Below, in pieces: positions 63,006 through 64,000 of a stretch of 64,000 nucleotides of DNA (within the stretch, counting starts at the first letter, position 1; every line of letters begins with the position of its first letter). Origin of the DNA: Podarcis tiliguerta (Eukaryota); the NCBI GenBank assembly GCA_965153285.1, contig OZ229116.1. The stretch is one strand, 5' to 3'. The position numbers and the translations under genes are program-made. The notes beneath the pieces were generated by a model. It was not told the origin of the DNA and did no database searches. It worked only from the letters and a program-made list of their open reading frames with translations.

Positions 63006-64000
63006 TTGTAGGAACACCATGCTCTCGTGTGAGAGCCCAGCCCCGGAAAAAGCACGTCTCTTTCTTTGCCCTGGAGCTTTCCCCACAGAAACTTGCTCAC
63101 GAGTACTCAATTGGAGAAGCATTAGTTTGGGTTTTCTGTGGACTGTTGTGTGTTCTGATTGAGCTTTAGAGAGCATTTTTTTGTGGGGAAAGCTCTGGAC
63201 CCAAAGAAAGGGCATTCGGACACAAATGCGGGTCATGTCTTGAAAAAGTAGAGAAAAAGTAAGTGTGAATATGTGGGTATTGCAAATGTTTGGAGATGGA
63301 TTACAGATGGATGCTGGCAACTGTAGCATTATTGGGTTTCTTTGGGTTTGCTACCTCCTTTTCTGTAGTGTTAGATGCAGAGCTCCACTTGAGGTTCATC
63401 CTGCATTCCCTGCTCTACCCATGTCCTGGATATAGCATACTTCCAGTGGGTGGTGAATAGAAATGGTAGCCCCAATCCATTTGGTTGCTGCTTCCCCCAT
63501 CCCCAACCCAGAATGTTCTGGGGTCATTCATGATCAAAACGGTGGCTGGTGAATACTAAGAGAATGCTTGTCATCATTACAGCACTAGCAAGTTCCCCCT
63601 GCTTCTCCAAATTGCCCAGACGTCCCCATTTTCACAACCTGCATTTTTTCTATATCTGGGCTGACTGAGCTGCATTGCATGAACTATAAACCCACCCTCT
63701 AGAAAGCAGCCAAGCCTCCTTTACACTGTGAACTATTGGGGTGGGGAATAAGTGATGAAACCGCCTTTTGGGGAAGTTTTGCCTTCTGCCAGTGACGTTT
63801 TGCTTGAGAACCCTTGCTGAACTTTGCCGGAGTTTCGGGTTTCTTTCTGGAGCAGCATTTGAAAAGCACCGAGCTAAGCCCTAAGTCAGACATTGTTTGG
63901 TTTCTGACATCAACTTGGAAAAACAAATTTACACTTTCAGTCTTCCACAGTTTCCCTCCTTCCAGTATCCCACGTATTACATTAATTTTAGGTACACTAA

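Noticed and set aside
62754-63329. Longest ORF in the track (191 aa)
   Set aside because: Overlaps a MITE end, has no recognisable domain and no supporting splice context.

Overview
Vertebrate non-coding DNA, almost certainly from a squamate and probably a lacertid lizard, judged by five Sauria SINE copies, a Squam3-type SINE, lizard-type L2/CR1/L1/Rex1 fragments and many Tc1/mariner-pogo and hAT MITEs. I recognise no host protein-coding exon. The window looks like a large intron or gene desert with several enhancer-like, TE-free stretches. The most informative object is a decayed tyrosine-recombinase retrotransposon of the Ngaro type (~1800-5768). It retains gag, RT, an RNase H stub joined in frame to the recombinase C-terminus, and an SGNH-hydrolase ORF preceded by a splice acceptor. 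Its ~370-nt 3' region keeps a multi-helix RNA structure despite the coding decay. Bases 46-7046 recur almost identically at 9218-16217 next to an N gap; junction analysis suggests a chimeric or false duplication. A ~145-bp inverted repeat containing non-MITE flanking DNA brackets 37608-42729. There are two assembly gaps (7047-7246, 43067-43310). All family calls come from motif recognition by eye, not database searches.
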